From Eledone cirrhosa (lineage: Eukaryota): 64,000 bases of DNA. Below, in pieces: positions 9,960 to 23,250 of the stretch. The DNA lies in assembly GCA_964016885.1 (NCBI GenBank), contig OZ024749.1, positions 34,782,001 through 34,846,000 on the forward strand. The letters run 5' to 3'. Under the pieces are notes generated by a model. It was not told where the DNA came from. It did not search any database and saw only the letters and a program-made list of their open reading frames with translations. Made by a program: the position numbers and the translations under genes. Within the stretch, counting starts at the first letter, position 1; each line of letters starts with the position of its first letter.

Positions 9960-10280
9960 ACTCCCAAAGAGGAGAGGGAATATCAGGTGTAGTGTTGGTG
10001 GATTTTGGGCCGCATAGAAGTTTTGAAGGATGCAGTGTCCTGACAGCTAACAACTGATGCAGGTAGTTTGTTCCATGTTTCAGCAATTCTGAGTATGAAA
10101 AAATGTTTCTGAAAGTCATGGGTGGTGAACTGTTTTCTGATTTTGTAAGCATGTCCATGGGCGTTAGATACGTGGAATTTAAAAAGGTGCTCAGGGTTGT
10201 TGTTGGAAAGATGGTTAATAATTTTGTGGGTGTTTACCAAGTCAGTTGCCAGATGTCAGAGCTTCAGTGTTTAGATATCA
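9960..10280 (-). pseudogene. CR1-clade LINE 3' fragment
   Basis: LVNTHKII...HGHAYKIRKQ...FQKHFFILRIAETWNKLP; homologous to 50530-51095. Confidence 0.8.
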
Positions 10281-10543
10281 TATCTAAAATTAGACATTTA
10301 TAACTCCAGTGTGATGTAGAGTGGTGCAGTGTTGTTGTTGTTGTTGTTGTTTTTGTGGTGGTGGTGGTGGTAGTGTTGTTGTTGTTGTTCTTCTTCTTCT
10401 TCTCCTTTTCATTCTCTTCCTTCTCGCTTGTTTATATTACAATGGATGCAATTCTTACTTTCTAAAATGCATTGTCACACACAAACACAAAAGAAAATTA
10501 ATATTAGGGTATAGAAAACGATACAGCTACTATGTAAAAGAAG

Positions 10544-10593
<50 letters not shown>

Positions 10594-11599
10594 TGATGTA
10601 TATGTATATGTATGTGTGTGTGTATATATATATATATATCTATATATATATAGATAGATATATATATATACATACACACACACATACAGTTAAGATCTGG
10701 CTTGGACAATAGAGCTTTGGCAATAATAACAACAATAATAATAATAATAACAACAACAATAACAACAGTAATGATAGTAATAATAATAATATTAATAATA
10801 CCATTTGCTGACCTATATAAACAACAATGAAAAGAGGTCAGACATTATAAATATAATTTTTTTTTTTTTCTCCTTCTTATAATTTCTTGGGCTTCTTTTT
10901 TTCTCTTCCTCTGGCAGCAGAAATAAGAGCAAGGTCTATGACAGTATAATTACTAACAACCTCAAGAATAACAGAAGGGCAGTAGTAGAGCAGGTGGTGG
11001 TGGCGGTGGGAGTCACATACAGCAACTTTACCTACATTGAAGCAATTCAACTGATTATATATATACTGACTGACTGATTCACTGAGATTCTCTTGTTGAT
11101 GTTATTGTGTCTGTTAAACAGCCAATCAGGTTTCTTGAAGAAAGTAGTGATGATTGACACAAGTTCCTGTTTGACAACTTTAAGAGCTAAGACTTAACTG
11201 TATGAAGTCAAAGAGAGAAATCTTGACCTTAACAGAATGGTAAAATTGTAAGGCTGTTGCAGACCTGTCAACTCTGTCCTGTCTGACGGAGAGATCTCCC
11301 ACCCACTTTGAGGTGGGTGAGAGGTGTCGGCTCTTGTGAAAATAGGTATAGCTTTCATTATGTAAAATCTCTCCATTTTTGACTCATTTCTTCCTGTTTT
11401 GGGGCACTTTTTATTCATGTTTGGGTTTTCTAAGGTCGGTAAGTCTGCTGATCTATGTGACATGGTCCTTCAATCATAGCACACCAACAACTATTCTTAA
11501 TGACATAAGAAGTCATAAATTAAAACTTAAGTGATTTAACATATCTTCTAGTTGCAACTTTGACAGACCACTAAAGACAATTCACAGAAGACACCCAGA

Positions 11600-13840
11600 A
11601 GTGCATTTCTACCAGAGTGTTTGTCTATATGAACAGTTGAGGTGTTGGCTGACCTGTCTAACTCTTCACATTTCTGTGTATGTATATCTTTGTGAATGGT
11701 TTTGATGTTCACTAACCAGTCTAATTCTTTACATTTCTATGTCTGTCTCTACGAATAGTTATAATGTTGGCCAGTCAAACTCTTCACATTTCTGTGTGTC
11801 AATATGAATAGTTGAGATGTTCACTGACCAGTCAAACTCTTCACATTTCTGTGTGTCAATATGAATAGTTGAGATGTTCACTGACCAGTCAAACTCTTCA
11901 CATTTCTGTGTGTCAATATGAATAGTTGAGATGTTCACTGACCAGTCAAACTCTTCCCATTTCTGTGTGTCAATATGAATAGTTGAGATGTTCACTGACC
12001 AGTCAAACTCTTTACATTTCTGTTTGACAATATGAATAGTTGAGATGTTCGCTGACCAGTCAAACTCTTCACATTTCTGTTTGTCAATATGAATAGTTGA
12101 GATGTTCACTGACCAGTCAAACTCTTCACATTTCTGTGTGTCAATATGAATAGTTGAGATGTTCACTGACCAGTCAAATTCTTCACATTTATGTGTGTCA
12201 ATATGAATAGTTGAGATGTTCATTGATCAGTCAAACTCTTCACATTTCTGTGTGTCAATATGAATAGTTGAGATGTTCACTGACCAGTCAAACTCTTCAC
12301 ATATCTGTTTGTCAATATGAATAGTTGAGATGTTCACTGACCAGTCAAACTCTTCACATTTCTGTTTGTCAATATGAATAGTTGAGATGTTCACTGACCA
12401 GTCAAACTCTTCACATTTCTGTGTGTCAATATGAATAGTTGAGATATTCACTGACCAGTTAAACTCTTCACATTTCTGTGTGTCAATATGAATAGTTGAG
12501 ATGTTCACTGACCAGTCAAACTCTTCACATTTCTGTGTGTCAATATGAATAGTTGAGATGTTCACTGACCAGTCAAATTCTTCACATTTATGTGTGTCAA
12601 TATGAATAGTTGAGATGTTCATTGATCAGTCAAACTCTTCACATTTCTGTGTGTCAATATGAATAGTTGAGATGTTCACTGACCAGTCAAACTCTTCACA
12701 TATCTGTTTGTCAATATGAATAGTTGAGATGTTCACTGACCAGTCAAACTCTTCACATTTCTGTTTGTCAATATGAATAGTTGAGATGTTCACTGACCAG
12801 TCAAACTCTTCACATTTCTGTGTGTCAATATGAATAGTTGAGATATTCACTGACCAGTTAAACTCTTCACATTTCTGTGTGTCAATATGAATAGTTGAGA
12901 TGTTCACTGACCAGTTAAACTCTTCACATTTCTGTGTCAATATGAATAGTTGAGATGTTCACTGACCAGTCAAACTCTTCACATTTCTGTGTGTCAATAT
13001 GAATAGTTGAGATGTTCACTGACCAGTCAAATTCTTCACATTTCTGTGTGTCAATATGAATAGTTGAGATGTTCATTGATCAGTCAAACTCTTCACATTT
13101 CTGTGTGTCAATATGAATAGTTGAGATGTTCACTGACCAGTCAAACTCTTCACATATCTGTGTGTCAATATGAATAGTTGAGATGTTCACTGACCAGTCA
13201 AACTCTTCACATTTCTGTTTGTCAATATGAATAGTTGAGATGTTCACTGACCAGTCAAACTCTTCACATATCTGTTTGTCAATATGAATAGTTGAGATGT
13301 TCACTGACCAGTCAAACTCTTCACATTTCTGTTTGTCAATATGAATAGTTGAGATGTTCACTGACCAGTCAAACTCTTCACATTTCTGTGTCAATATGAA
13401 TAGTTGAGATGTTCACTGACCAGTCAAACTCTTCACATTTCTGTGTGTCAATATGAATAGTTGAGATGTTCACTGACCAGTCAAACACTTTACATTTCTG
13501 TTTGTCAATATGAATAGTTGAGATGTTCACTGACCAGTCAAACTCTTCACATTTCTGTTTGTCAATATGAATAGTTGAGATGTTCACTGACCAGTCAAAC
13601 TCTTCACATTTCTGTGTGTCAATATGAATAGTTGAGATGTTCATTGATCAGTCAAACTCTTCACATTTCTGTGTGTCAATATGAATAGTTGAGATGTTCA
13701 CTGACCAGTCAAACTCTTCACCTTTCTGTGTGTATGTCTATTTGAATGGCTGTGATGTTCACTAACCAGTCTAATTCTTCACATTTCTATGTCTGTCAGT
13801 TTATTTGAATGTGTGTGATGTTTGCTGATCAAGACTGACC
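11600..13840. repeat. 57-bp minisatellite, roughly 35-39 copies, with diverged edge units
   Basis: Unit CACTGACCAGTCAAACTCTTCACATTTCTGTGTGTCAATATGAATAGTTGAGATGTT. The minus frame reads a 19-aa repeat broken by TGA stops and two 2-bp deletions. Confidence 0.95.
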
Positions 13841-14529
13841 ATTGGTTTGTACCTGGAAAGCTTCTCTCCAAGTCCCAAACCTGGACAAGTTCTTTCGTAG
13901 TAGATCAGTAGTCACCCATACATGTAAATCTCTCCTCTCTAGACCACTGATGTTGTTCAAACGAAAGTCTTGGCACCAATGATGTTGCAAATCATTGCAA
14001 ATACACACAATATATACTATATATGCACTAAATATGATGTTGTCTAAGAGAAGGTAAAAGCCAATACAGCTTGGCACCAGTGACATCACAACTCATTTTT
14101 GCTAGGTTAGTGAATTGGAACAATGTAGGGTATTTTTTCTGACTCTTTACATTCTGAGTTCAGACTCTGCTAAGGTCAAATTTGATTTTTACCCTTCCAG
14201 GGTTAATAAAATTAGGTAACAGTCAAGTACTAAGGTCGGTTACATAATTCTATTCAAAATAATAAAGAATGTGAAGGAATTTAGTAATATAATTAACTTC
14301 CTTGTTATTAAGTTTATGTTTGGAGTATAACTTAATAAAGGATCTTACATAAAATTATGATGGATAGCTTTTAGAAAAATCTAAACACTTTAAAATAAAC
14401 AGTTTTGTACCAGAGAACCAGGAGCAGTTTCAGGTGGTTTGGTATCAAAAGTGTTAGTCAACTTTCCCCTACCCTCAAATTTGCTATTCTTGTACCTAAA
14501 TTAAAAGCCATTATTTTTAAAGAAACCTA

Positions 14530-14860
14530 TTGTTTCATATTGGGGTCACCTACCCCCATCTTCAACTCTCGTGTTTTGGGATCACCTCGTCCCATTTTAA
14601 ACTCTCATGTTTTGGGCTCACCTACCACCATCTTCAACTTTTATGTTTTGGGTTCATCTATTCCTATTTTTAATTCTGATGTTTTGGGACCACCTACTCC
14701 CATTTTAAACTCTCATGTTTTGGGGCCACCTACTCCCATTTTAAACTCTCATGTTTTGGGGCCACCTACTCCCATTTTAAACTCTCATGTTTTGGGGCTA
14801 CCTATTCCCATTTTAAACTCTCATGTTTTGGGGTCACCTACTCCCATTTCAACTATTTTC
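14530..14860. repeat. 36-bp minisatellite, about 9 copies
   Basis: Unit TTTTGGGGCCACCTACTCCCATTTTAAACTCTCATG. Confidence 0.9.
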
Positions 14861-15514
14861 ATCTGTCATGTTTTGATGATTAACGCTTTAAGCTTCTTCA
14901 AATCTAAAAACATTCTTTACTTTCTTTCAAGCCAGAAAAAAACTGAAATGTCTCTCAGAGCATATAAATATATATTTCACCCTTTTAATACCTAGCCCGA
15001 TTCTGTGAAACAAAACTACCAATTTTAAAGGGCTCCTTTTTAACCCTGTAAAAGGCTTTAGTTCTACAGTATGAATCAAAATCACTGCTCTTTAAAGGTT
15101 TCCTATTTAAATTAAAGTCTTCCAACATAATTTTATATAAGAATCATTTGTTAAAGTACAGTATTAGCAATGAAACAGTAATTTTAAGAAATTGCTCAAA
15201 GTTCTTCATTAATTAATTGAAAATAGTGTATTTCATTAGAATTATGGTCACAAAAGTGTTAAATTAAATTTTTTCCAATATAATCTTGTATAAGAAACAT
15301 ATTAAGTTGTGATCTTAGATTTACTAAAATTAATAATTTTAGTAAATCTCTCAAAATTCTTCATTAATATTCATAAAATAAATTGTTATTTATATGTCAT
15401 CAACTTTGCTTTTAGTCTGCCATGGTTGATAAAACATTGTACCAGTCAAATACTGGGGTTTATTGAAGTGACTTACCACCTCCCAATTGCTTTATGCCTA
15501 AATTAGAAAGCATT

Positions 15515-15529
15515 ATTATTGTTGTTGTT

Positions 15530-15587
<58 letters not shown>

Positions 15588-15690
15588 AAATAGCAGAAAG
15601 TGGTAGTAGTAGTAGTAGTATCATCATCATCATCATCATCATCATCATTATCATCATCATCATCATCAGCAGCAGCAGCAGCAGCAGTAT
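15515..15690. repeat. Compound trinucleotide microsatellite (GTA)n(ATC)n(AGC)n
   Basis: Directly visible. Confidence 0.9.
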
Positions 15691-16045
15691 AAATAGTAGT
15701 TCTACATTTTATGACTGTTTATTAGCCTATTTATTCCTGAATTTTGGCAGTTTATATTATATTACATCAGTCATGCTTTCTTTTTCATCCCTTCTCTCTC
15801 CCCCATTGCCTTGCTTTGCTATATCCCTCTGTCCCCTTCCCTCTTCTCTGTCACCTCTCTCCCTCTGTACAACCATTTACACCACCACCACTACCACCAT
15901 CATCACCATCACCACACCTCCATCATTTTCTAACACTTCTCCCCTTTCTTCTACCTTACCCTCATTCTTCAACCACATGTTGCTATACTGTTGCTGTTTG
16001 CAGCCTGACACAAGTGTTCCCCTTTTCACACACACACACACACAT

Positions 16046-16081
<36 letters not shown>

Positions 16082-16148
16082 CTATACAGACATCCACACA
16101 CACACATAGACATCTTTGGAAGCTGCTTATTTTGCTAAAATAATAATT

Positions 16149-16792
16149 CAAGGCCAGCAATTATTTCAGTGCATTACTGGTACTTTATTTTATCGATCCC
16201 TGTAAGGGTGATAGGCAAAGTTAACCTCGGCGGGATTTGAACTCAGAATGGTTCAAATCCCGCCGAGGTTAACTTTGCCTTTCACCCTTACAGGGGTCGA
16301 TAAAATAAAGTACCAGTAATGCACTGGGATAATTGCTGGCCTTGTGCCAAAAGTAGAAACAATTATATTAATTCTACTTTCGGTACAAGGTCAACAATTC
16401 AAAGGGAAGGGAAAATTTGATTAAATTTGCCCTAGTGCATTACTGGTACTTATTTTATTGACCCAATAAGACTGAAAAGCAAAGCTAACCTTGGTGGGAT
16501 TTCAACTCAGAATGCAAAGTAACATAACTATAAGCTGCAAAGCATGTTGTCTGACATTCTACCAATACTGCAAATCCACCACCATAATAATAATAATAAT
16601 TGTTTCTACGTTTGGCACAAGGTCAGCAATTACCCAGTGCATTACTGGTACTTTATTTTATCGACCCCGTAAGGATGAAAGGCAAAGTTAACCTCGGCGA
16701 GATTTGAACTCAGAATGGCAAGGGCCGTAACTCTATACGTCAAAGCATGGCGTCCGACCCTCTACCGATACTGCCAATCCACCGCCCTCACC

Positions 16793-16824
<32 letters not shown>

Positions 16825-17240
16825 TATAATAATAATAATAATTGTTTCTACTTTAGGCACAAGGCCAGCAATTACCCAGTGCATTACTGGTACTTTATTT
16901 TATCGACCCCGTAAGGATGAAAGGCAAAGTCAACCTCAGCGGGATTTGAACTCAGATCGTAAAGGGACGTAACTATGCTGGAAACATGGCGTCCGACCCT
17001 CTACCGATACTGCCAATCCATAATAATAATGATTTCTATAATGGGCACAAGGCCAGCAATTTGGGGGGAGGGGATGTCAATTAACTCGACCCCAGTGCAT
17101 TACTGGTACTTTATTTTATCAACCCCTTAAGGATGAAAGGCAAAGCTAACCATGACGGGATTTGCAAAGGGCTATAACTCTACACAGCGAAGCATGTTGC
17201 CCGACTCTCTTTCACACTGCCAATCCACCGCCCAATAATA
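16149..17240 (-). mobile_element. Cluster of about 6 tRNA-derived SINEs (family 2), mostly head-to-tail, the first folded into a palindrome
   Basis: Recurrent B-box GAGTTCAAATCC and core TTTGCCTTTCATCCTTACGGGGTCGATAAAATAAAGTACCAG; units separated by (AAT)n tails. Confidence 0.88.
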
Positions 17241-17627
17241 ATAAAAAGAATAAAAGAGGAGAAGACAGGAGAACATCCTTGGTGCTTGTACCATGATAAA
17301 ACACATCCAATTCACTCTGTAAAGTGTGGAGATGTGGTCCCCTGCCCTGGTCTGTGACGACCTGTCCAACTTTTGTTTGCAGGGAATAGTGGCACTGGTG
17401 GTGGTATGGGTGATTGTGGTGATGGTGGCAGCGGTAAGGATGATGATGACAGTAGTGGTGGTTGTGATGATGGTGATTGCAGTGGCAGTAATGATGATGA
17501 TGATAATGGTGATGATGACAGTGGTGGCGATGTTGGTACTAATGATGATAGTGATGATGATGATGGTGCTAACGATAATGCTGAATTAGATGCTTGTACA
17601 TAGAACAAAATACTGGTGCTGCATGGC

Positions 17628-17666
<39 letters not shown>

Positions 17667-17802
17667 TGTATATGATTGTGAGACATCCAGTTAAGCCACA
17701 CCTCTTCAAGTGAGACTGTCACACAAACCTTTCAACTTAGAGAAGGAAGGGGTGGATGAGGTGGTAATGGAATGGTAATGCTGTTGTCTGCAACAACTGC
17801 CA

Positions 17803-17839
<37 letters not shown>

Positions 17840-18824
17840 ACATGTTACTCATTAGAAAGTCTTATTGCATCTCCTTGCAGACCAACGACACAACAAACAG
17901 GGCACTTTCTTCTTCTTCTTCTTCTTCTTCTCCTCCTCCTCCTCCTCCTCCTCCTCTCCTCCTCCTGTCTATTTATCTATCTGCCATCTATGCAATATTT
18001 CTATCTCTGTAACACTAGACAACAGTATCAAACACCATCACCAAATCACACAATATCACTTGTAAAATACACTTTACTAGCTATTTTCTTAAATACCCAC
18101 TAAATGTCTGCGTGTATGTGTATATCTGTATGTATGTGTGTGTGTGTCTGGTCTGTGTATGTGTGTGTGTGCATTTGTATATCAGTTGCAGGAGAAACTA
18201 ATTAGTTTTTAGCAACCGTTTTATCTGGAGATTTTAAATGTTGTCCACCATAAACGAGATAAAGTGTTCACAATCCACATTGTAGAAATCTTGAGAATAT
18301 CCTATAGAGATCTTGGAGAAATTTTGTGAAAATGTTGTAGAAATATTCCGGAAATCTTGGAGCAATATTTAGAGAATATTGTAGAAAGTTCCAAGGACAT
18401 TTTGTGGAAATATTAGAGAAATCTTGTGAAAATCTTTGAGAAATCTTATGGAAACCTTGGGTAACATTTGTAGAGATTTTGTGGAAATCTTGGAGTCATT
18501 TTGAGCATATCTTATAGAAATCTAGGGAAAGTCTTATAGAAATGGTAATTTGTGAGAAAACTATACCTTGAAAGAATGCAGTTGAGAAATTTCATTACTA
18601 GCCAAGCTGAGTTTAGGAAAACTTTGATGAAATTCCACACATACCTGAGATCTACTTCACATAAAGAACAACAAATCAACATCTATTCTTGTAGATAAAA
18701 TATCAGGAATAAATTATCTATCATAACAATAGGAGAAGAATCTGGTCTTATAAACAAAAATAGAATTACTACATCAACATTATTAATGCATAAAAATCTG
18801 TTGTAGGTCAACCTATATAATGGC

Positions 18825-19235
18825 ATCATCATCATCATAATAATCATTTTTATGTCCGTTTTTCAATGCTTGCATGGGTTGGATGGGTTTTTTTCATCAC
18901 AGTATCTCTTCACTTGCTGCGTTTCTTTGTCATTTCCTCTGTGAGTCTCAGCGATTTGAAGTCAGCTCTCACCACCTCTGCACAGGTTTTTCTCGGGCTA
19001 CCTCTGCTGTAGTTTCCTTCCATTAGCATTTCCTGGCAGCACCTCTTCACCCATCGATCATCATCCATGCACATCATATCACTATACCAATGCAGTCTTC
19101 TCTCTTGCACACCACCTCGGGTTCCTCTTAGACCCAACTTTTCATTCAGTTCATCCAAGCCGTGCCTTTCTCTCGCATATACATTGCACATCCAATGGAG
19201 CATGGCTGCTTCATTTCCCTCCAGTTTACACGTTA
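18825..19235 (-). pseudogene. RTE LINE 3' fragment
   Basis: MLHWMCNV...VQERRLHWY...RGSPRKT; ends in an (ATG)n tail; related to 53130-53530. Confidence 0.75.
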
Positions 19236-19710
19236 TATAGAGTATGTACCTGTTGACATATTATATAGAGTAGCTATCTGTTATGTTATATAGAGTAGTT
19301 ATCTGTTGTCATATTATATAGAGTAGCTATCTGTTATCATATTATATAGAGTAGCTATCTGTTATCATATTATATAGAGTAGCTATCTGTTGTCATATTA
19401 TATAGAGTAGCTATCTGTTGTCATATTATATAGAGTAGCTATCTGTTGTCATATTATATAGAGTAGCTATATGTTGTCATATTATATAGAGTAGCTATCT
19501 GTTGTCATATTATATAGAGTAGCTATCTGTTGTCAAGTTATGTAGAGTAGCTGCTTGTTGCCATGTTATATAGAATAGCTGCCTGTTGTCATGTTATATA
19601 GCTATCTGTTGCCATCTTATATAGGGTAGGTATCTGTTGCCATGTTCTATAGAGTAGCTATCTATTGCCATGTTGTATAGAGTAGCTGCTTATTGCCAGA
19701 TTATGTAGAA
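19235..19710. repeat. 28-bp minisatellite, about 17 copies
   Basis: Unit ATATTATATAGAGTAGCTATCTGTTGTC. Confidence 0.9.
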
Positions 19711-20609
19711 TTATCTTATAACATACAGCTGCAACATGTAAGTGTTTTTAATAATCATGTGGCTGCTTCATGACTGACATGTAGCTATAGTAGTATGTGT
19801 TAGTATCACTGAGCATCCATGTGTGTATTGGAATAACTTAAAGCTACCATAATAACATGTGGTTGCTGCTCTTGCTTTTCTATTGTAATTAACAGCTGTA
19901 CTGTTATATACAGTATTATATACAGTAGTAGTATATCATTGCACTTCTCATTTTCAAAAAAACTATTACAACTGCCACTCGCATGCTTTCACTAAGGGTT
20001 TTGGGTGCCCATGCAGTTGGGAAAAGACACAGACACCCTCCCAATCCTCTCTTCTTTTATCCAATGGAACATCCAATGGAACATTCCTGGAAGGAAAGAG
20101 GTTGGCACCAGCACTCGGTTGGTACTTTGAAAAGCAAAGTGAACTTTCGTGGGATTCGAACTCAGAGATTTGGAACAAATATCCAAAACCCTATTGACTC
20201 TGGCAATCGATCGCCTTAATCTATAGTTGTATATATTATTGATGAAATATACAGTACTTGCATATATAATGTTGTACCTCACAATCCTTAAATAAGAATG
20301 AAACTAAATACCACAAGAATTTCACGTCCTGTTATTATATCTGCCAATGTTTGCTGTTGGGGTTGGTTGCCTTGTATATTGCATGAAATATAACAACAGT
20401 GTTTGATTAAATTAAACTGTAACAGTTGTCTATTTATTTCGACTGTAGTACAAGATGATATTTTGAAAATGAGAGGGTGTTACTAACACCAGGATACAAT
20501 GGCGAGGTTGTGTTAATCCTTTTCATATAAAACGTCCCTGATTTTATGATACAAAAATGCTTATTCTAAAGTGCTTATATCTATCTAAAAACAACTTCCA
20601 TACACTAAT

Positions 20610-21020
20610 TTAATAATGTCTTTATTGGCCACAGAGAGCTCACATCAAGAAAACATTAAAGGTGGCGCAGGACAACAGGGAGTAGACTTTTGTATGTAAA
20701 ATATTATAATGAAAACAATGAAACATGTCAAAATTCAAACAAAAAATTCCCCATAGTAGGGAAACTTCTGGGGGTGACTCATGGAGAAACCCCACAAAAA
20801 GTTATAGTCCCCCTGACAGCTAGGGCAACTTCCCACTGCCAGTTGTACTCCTCCAATCAACAAGTGCTTACTCAGAGCAGGCCCATTCAATCAGACTATG
20901 CTTGCCACTCTCACCCACCTTTCGACAAACTGGTTGGAAGGTAGCACATCCCTCTTCATTCTGATTTTTCTCTTGAAGTAAAACCTGAAAAAGTTAACTA
21001 GGGCTTTGCAAAAGAGGAAA
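20610..21020 (-). mobile_element. Probable non-LTR element 3' end
   Basis: Minus strand ...FVERWVRVASIV* then a UTR ending GTGGCCAATAAA plus ATT tail; the same terminal motif occurs on + near 57745-57770. Confidence 0.4.
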
Positions 21021-21499
21021 AGTACTATGGGGGTTACGTTACTAATTTTACTTGCTGAAAATTAAGTAATTTTTGTTTTATTACACCCGTCTCAGAGCTG
21101 GCTATAATAGCAAAGAAAAATAAATAATAATTTTAAGAGTAGTTAGTTCATAGGTTTGGTTAGAATTTTGAAGGTAAAATTTGTTTTTCCTGTTATTTTT
21201 AATTTTTATTCGTTTCGAGCAAATATGGCCTTCAAAACCGTTGTAAATTATTCGTTTTCTGTTGTTCCCCCACCCGAATACCCCATAACACTCGTCTCTG
21301 AAACGGGTGTAATGATAAAAAAAATTGCCGAAATGTTCATTGGGACCTATTAAATATTGTGAGTTCCCTTGCTACAGCCCCCATCCTCCTTAATTCGCCA
21401 CTTGGAGGTGGAGAATGCGCCAGTACATTAAGCGATAGTTCAAACATCTGTTGCGTGTTTTGTTTACATTTCGTATATTTTATAAAGACGATCTCTTTA

Positions 21500-23145
21500 C
21501 AAAGTTCATAAGGACTTGAATTTAAAGAGAGAGAGGTGATAAAAGGTAATGTTGTGACGTTCATCCTTTTCTCGCGGAAATTGCCGGTATATGTTAAATA
21601 TATTACCTGTTACACAACTGGAAATCGAAACCGTGACGCTGACTCAAACATCTTGCCGGTTGTACACCAACGTTAATAATTGAAAGTTTTGAAGATAGAC
21701 AGACATAGAACTTCAACAGATTTAATTTCTAACTCTTTATTTAATTATTTTAAAGTTCGTTTGTCGAAATAAACTTTTTAACATTCTGAGAAGCTATTGA
21801 ACACGGATTTCTTTAATAAACATATGGTTTGGCCATGGCATATTACGAACAAGTGGGTGGCTTAAATATTAGTGTACATAACACGTTCGTAAGCATAATT
21901 ACACCATTTCGTTACCGTATATCTAATAACATACGGCGTACTTCAATTAATTAATGAAAAATGTAGAGGGATTTACTAAAATAATTATGAAGGTATTTTT
22001 ATCATTACAATTTATATAAAATTATGTCGGGATGGGGGTTAGTTTAAATAAGGATCTTTTAAAACGGGTGGGTTTTATTCATAGAATCAGAGGTGGATTT
22101 GGCCAGTTTGGTAATAAAAAGGTTTGTATGAGCACTCATTACATACGAACAGAATATAAGATTTATTTTCTGAAGAAAAAAGCGGCTGTGACTTTGAAGT
22201 TTCAGAGATTCTTTCGTGCGCGTGTGTGTATATATATATATATATATTATATATTTATATATATATATATATTTAAGAATGGGTGTTTAAAAAACCACAG
22301 TACATAAAACATTACGTATAAGAGAAGTGTGGATATATTTTCTAAGTAAAAAAAATGTGGCAGTGACTTCGAAGTTTCAGCTTGGTTGTTTCGTCTGCTG
22401 TATTACCGTACTGTTTGTTACAAATGTTTATTGCTACAGAAATAAATATTTACGTGAGATGTTTTTTCACTATAGTTAAATGGTGTTTGTCTTTTTAATG
22501 CGTAATAAATAAATAAAATAATAAAAGTCGTCAAAAGTGTAAGAAGTAGAAATATAAGAAAAAGCCGGCGTCAATGCAACAGTTGGCTCATCAGCCATTA
22601 ATGTATTCAGACTAAAACATGTTTTCATTGGACCACACAACTGACTTCTTTAAACGCTGACTGCTTTAAACGGGCAAATCACTATATTCATCCACCAACG
22701 CACTTTTTTTAACATTAAACTTACAAGGAATTAAATTAAATCATGTTGAATAAAAAAAAGATATACATATATATAAAGAAAGAATATTTTTGTGTAAAGT
22801 AATAACTAATTTCTTTTTCCTTTATTTTAAAATTATTCTGAACGCCTGCTGAAATGTTTAAAATAATGACTAAAAAGGGGACTTATTTCTTTATGGGCTG
22901 CTATCTCGGATGAAGAGAGGGGGGAAGGAAAGAGAGAAGGAAGTAAATGTGAGTGGAGTGGTGTGGATCAACCAGCTGCTACAGCCCCGCCCACCGCCAG
23001 TTACTAACACAACATTTCACATATCACAGCAGCACCGACCAAGACTCGGGCTTTCTTCGTCCACCAAGTGGTTTTTTGCGGTTAACGACTCATCCCTTGA
23101 GGTGTTTCCCCCTTTTTCTAAGGATACCTCTCGGGACTTACGACC
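21500..23145. promoter_or_regulatory. Putative promoter / 5' UTR region, repeat-poor and relatively CpG-retaining
   Basis: Locally more CpG (21550-21680, 22960-23220); TGACGT at about 21555 and TGACTCA at 21640; lies directly upstream of the ATG at 23146. Confidence 0.4.
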
Positions 23146-23250
23146 ATGGACTCGCTCTACGGATCTGATCGGAAGCTGGGCGACTTGGAAGATAGCGGCA
23201 TGAGCGAATTCCTGCTTGATCAAGATATATTTCCTCCTTCATCTAACATG
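23146..23250 (+). CDS. Probable first coding exon of a CREB3L1/CREB3L2 (CrebA/OASIS-family) bZIP factor: MDSLYGSDRKLGDLEDSGMSEFLLDQDIFPPSSNM
   Basis: Strong Kozak ACCATGG, non-repetitive acidic 35-codon frame, phase-0 donor ATG|GTAGGA. DRKLGDL resembles CREB3L2 DRKLSEL and CREB3L1 DLGDL (from memory). The exon call is firmer than the gene identity. Confidence 0.55.

Noticed and set aside
10918-11077. Plus-strand exon after a polypyrimidine tract and CAG
   Set aside because: The acceptor is plausible, but there is no recognisable peptide or partner exon; insufficient support.
11759-13644. Cys/His-containing repeat ORFs as a zinc-finger gene or CRISPR array
   Set aside because: No C2H2 spacing, no spacers, and interrupted by stops and frameshifts; treated as a minisatellite.
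14405-14995. 196-aa Pro-rich ORF
   Set aside because: Produced by a 36-bp minisatellite plus MITE/SINE flanks.
22560-22600. Minus-strand CTGATGA-GCC...GGC hammerhead-like start
   Set aside because: No GAAA box or stem III follows.
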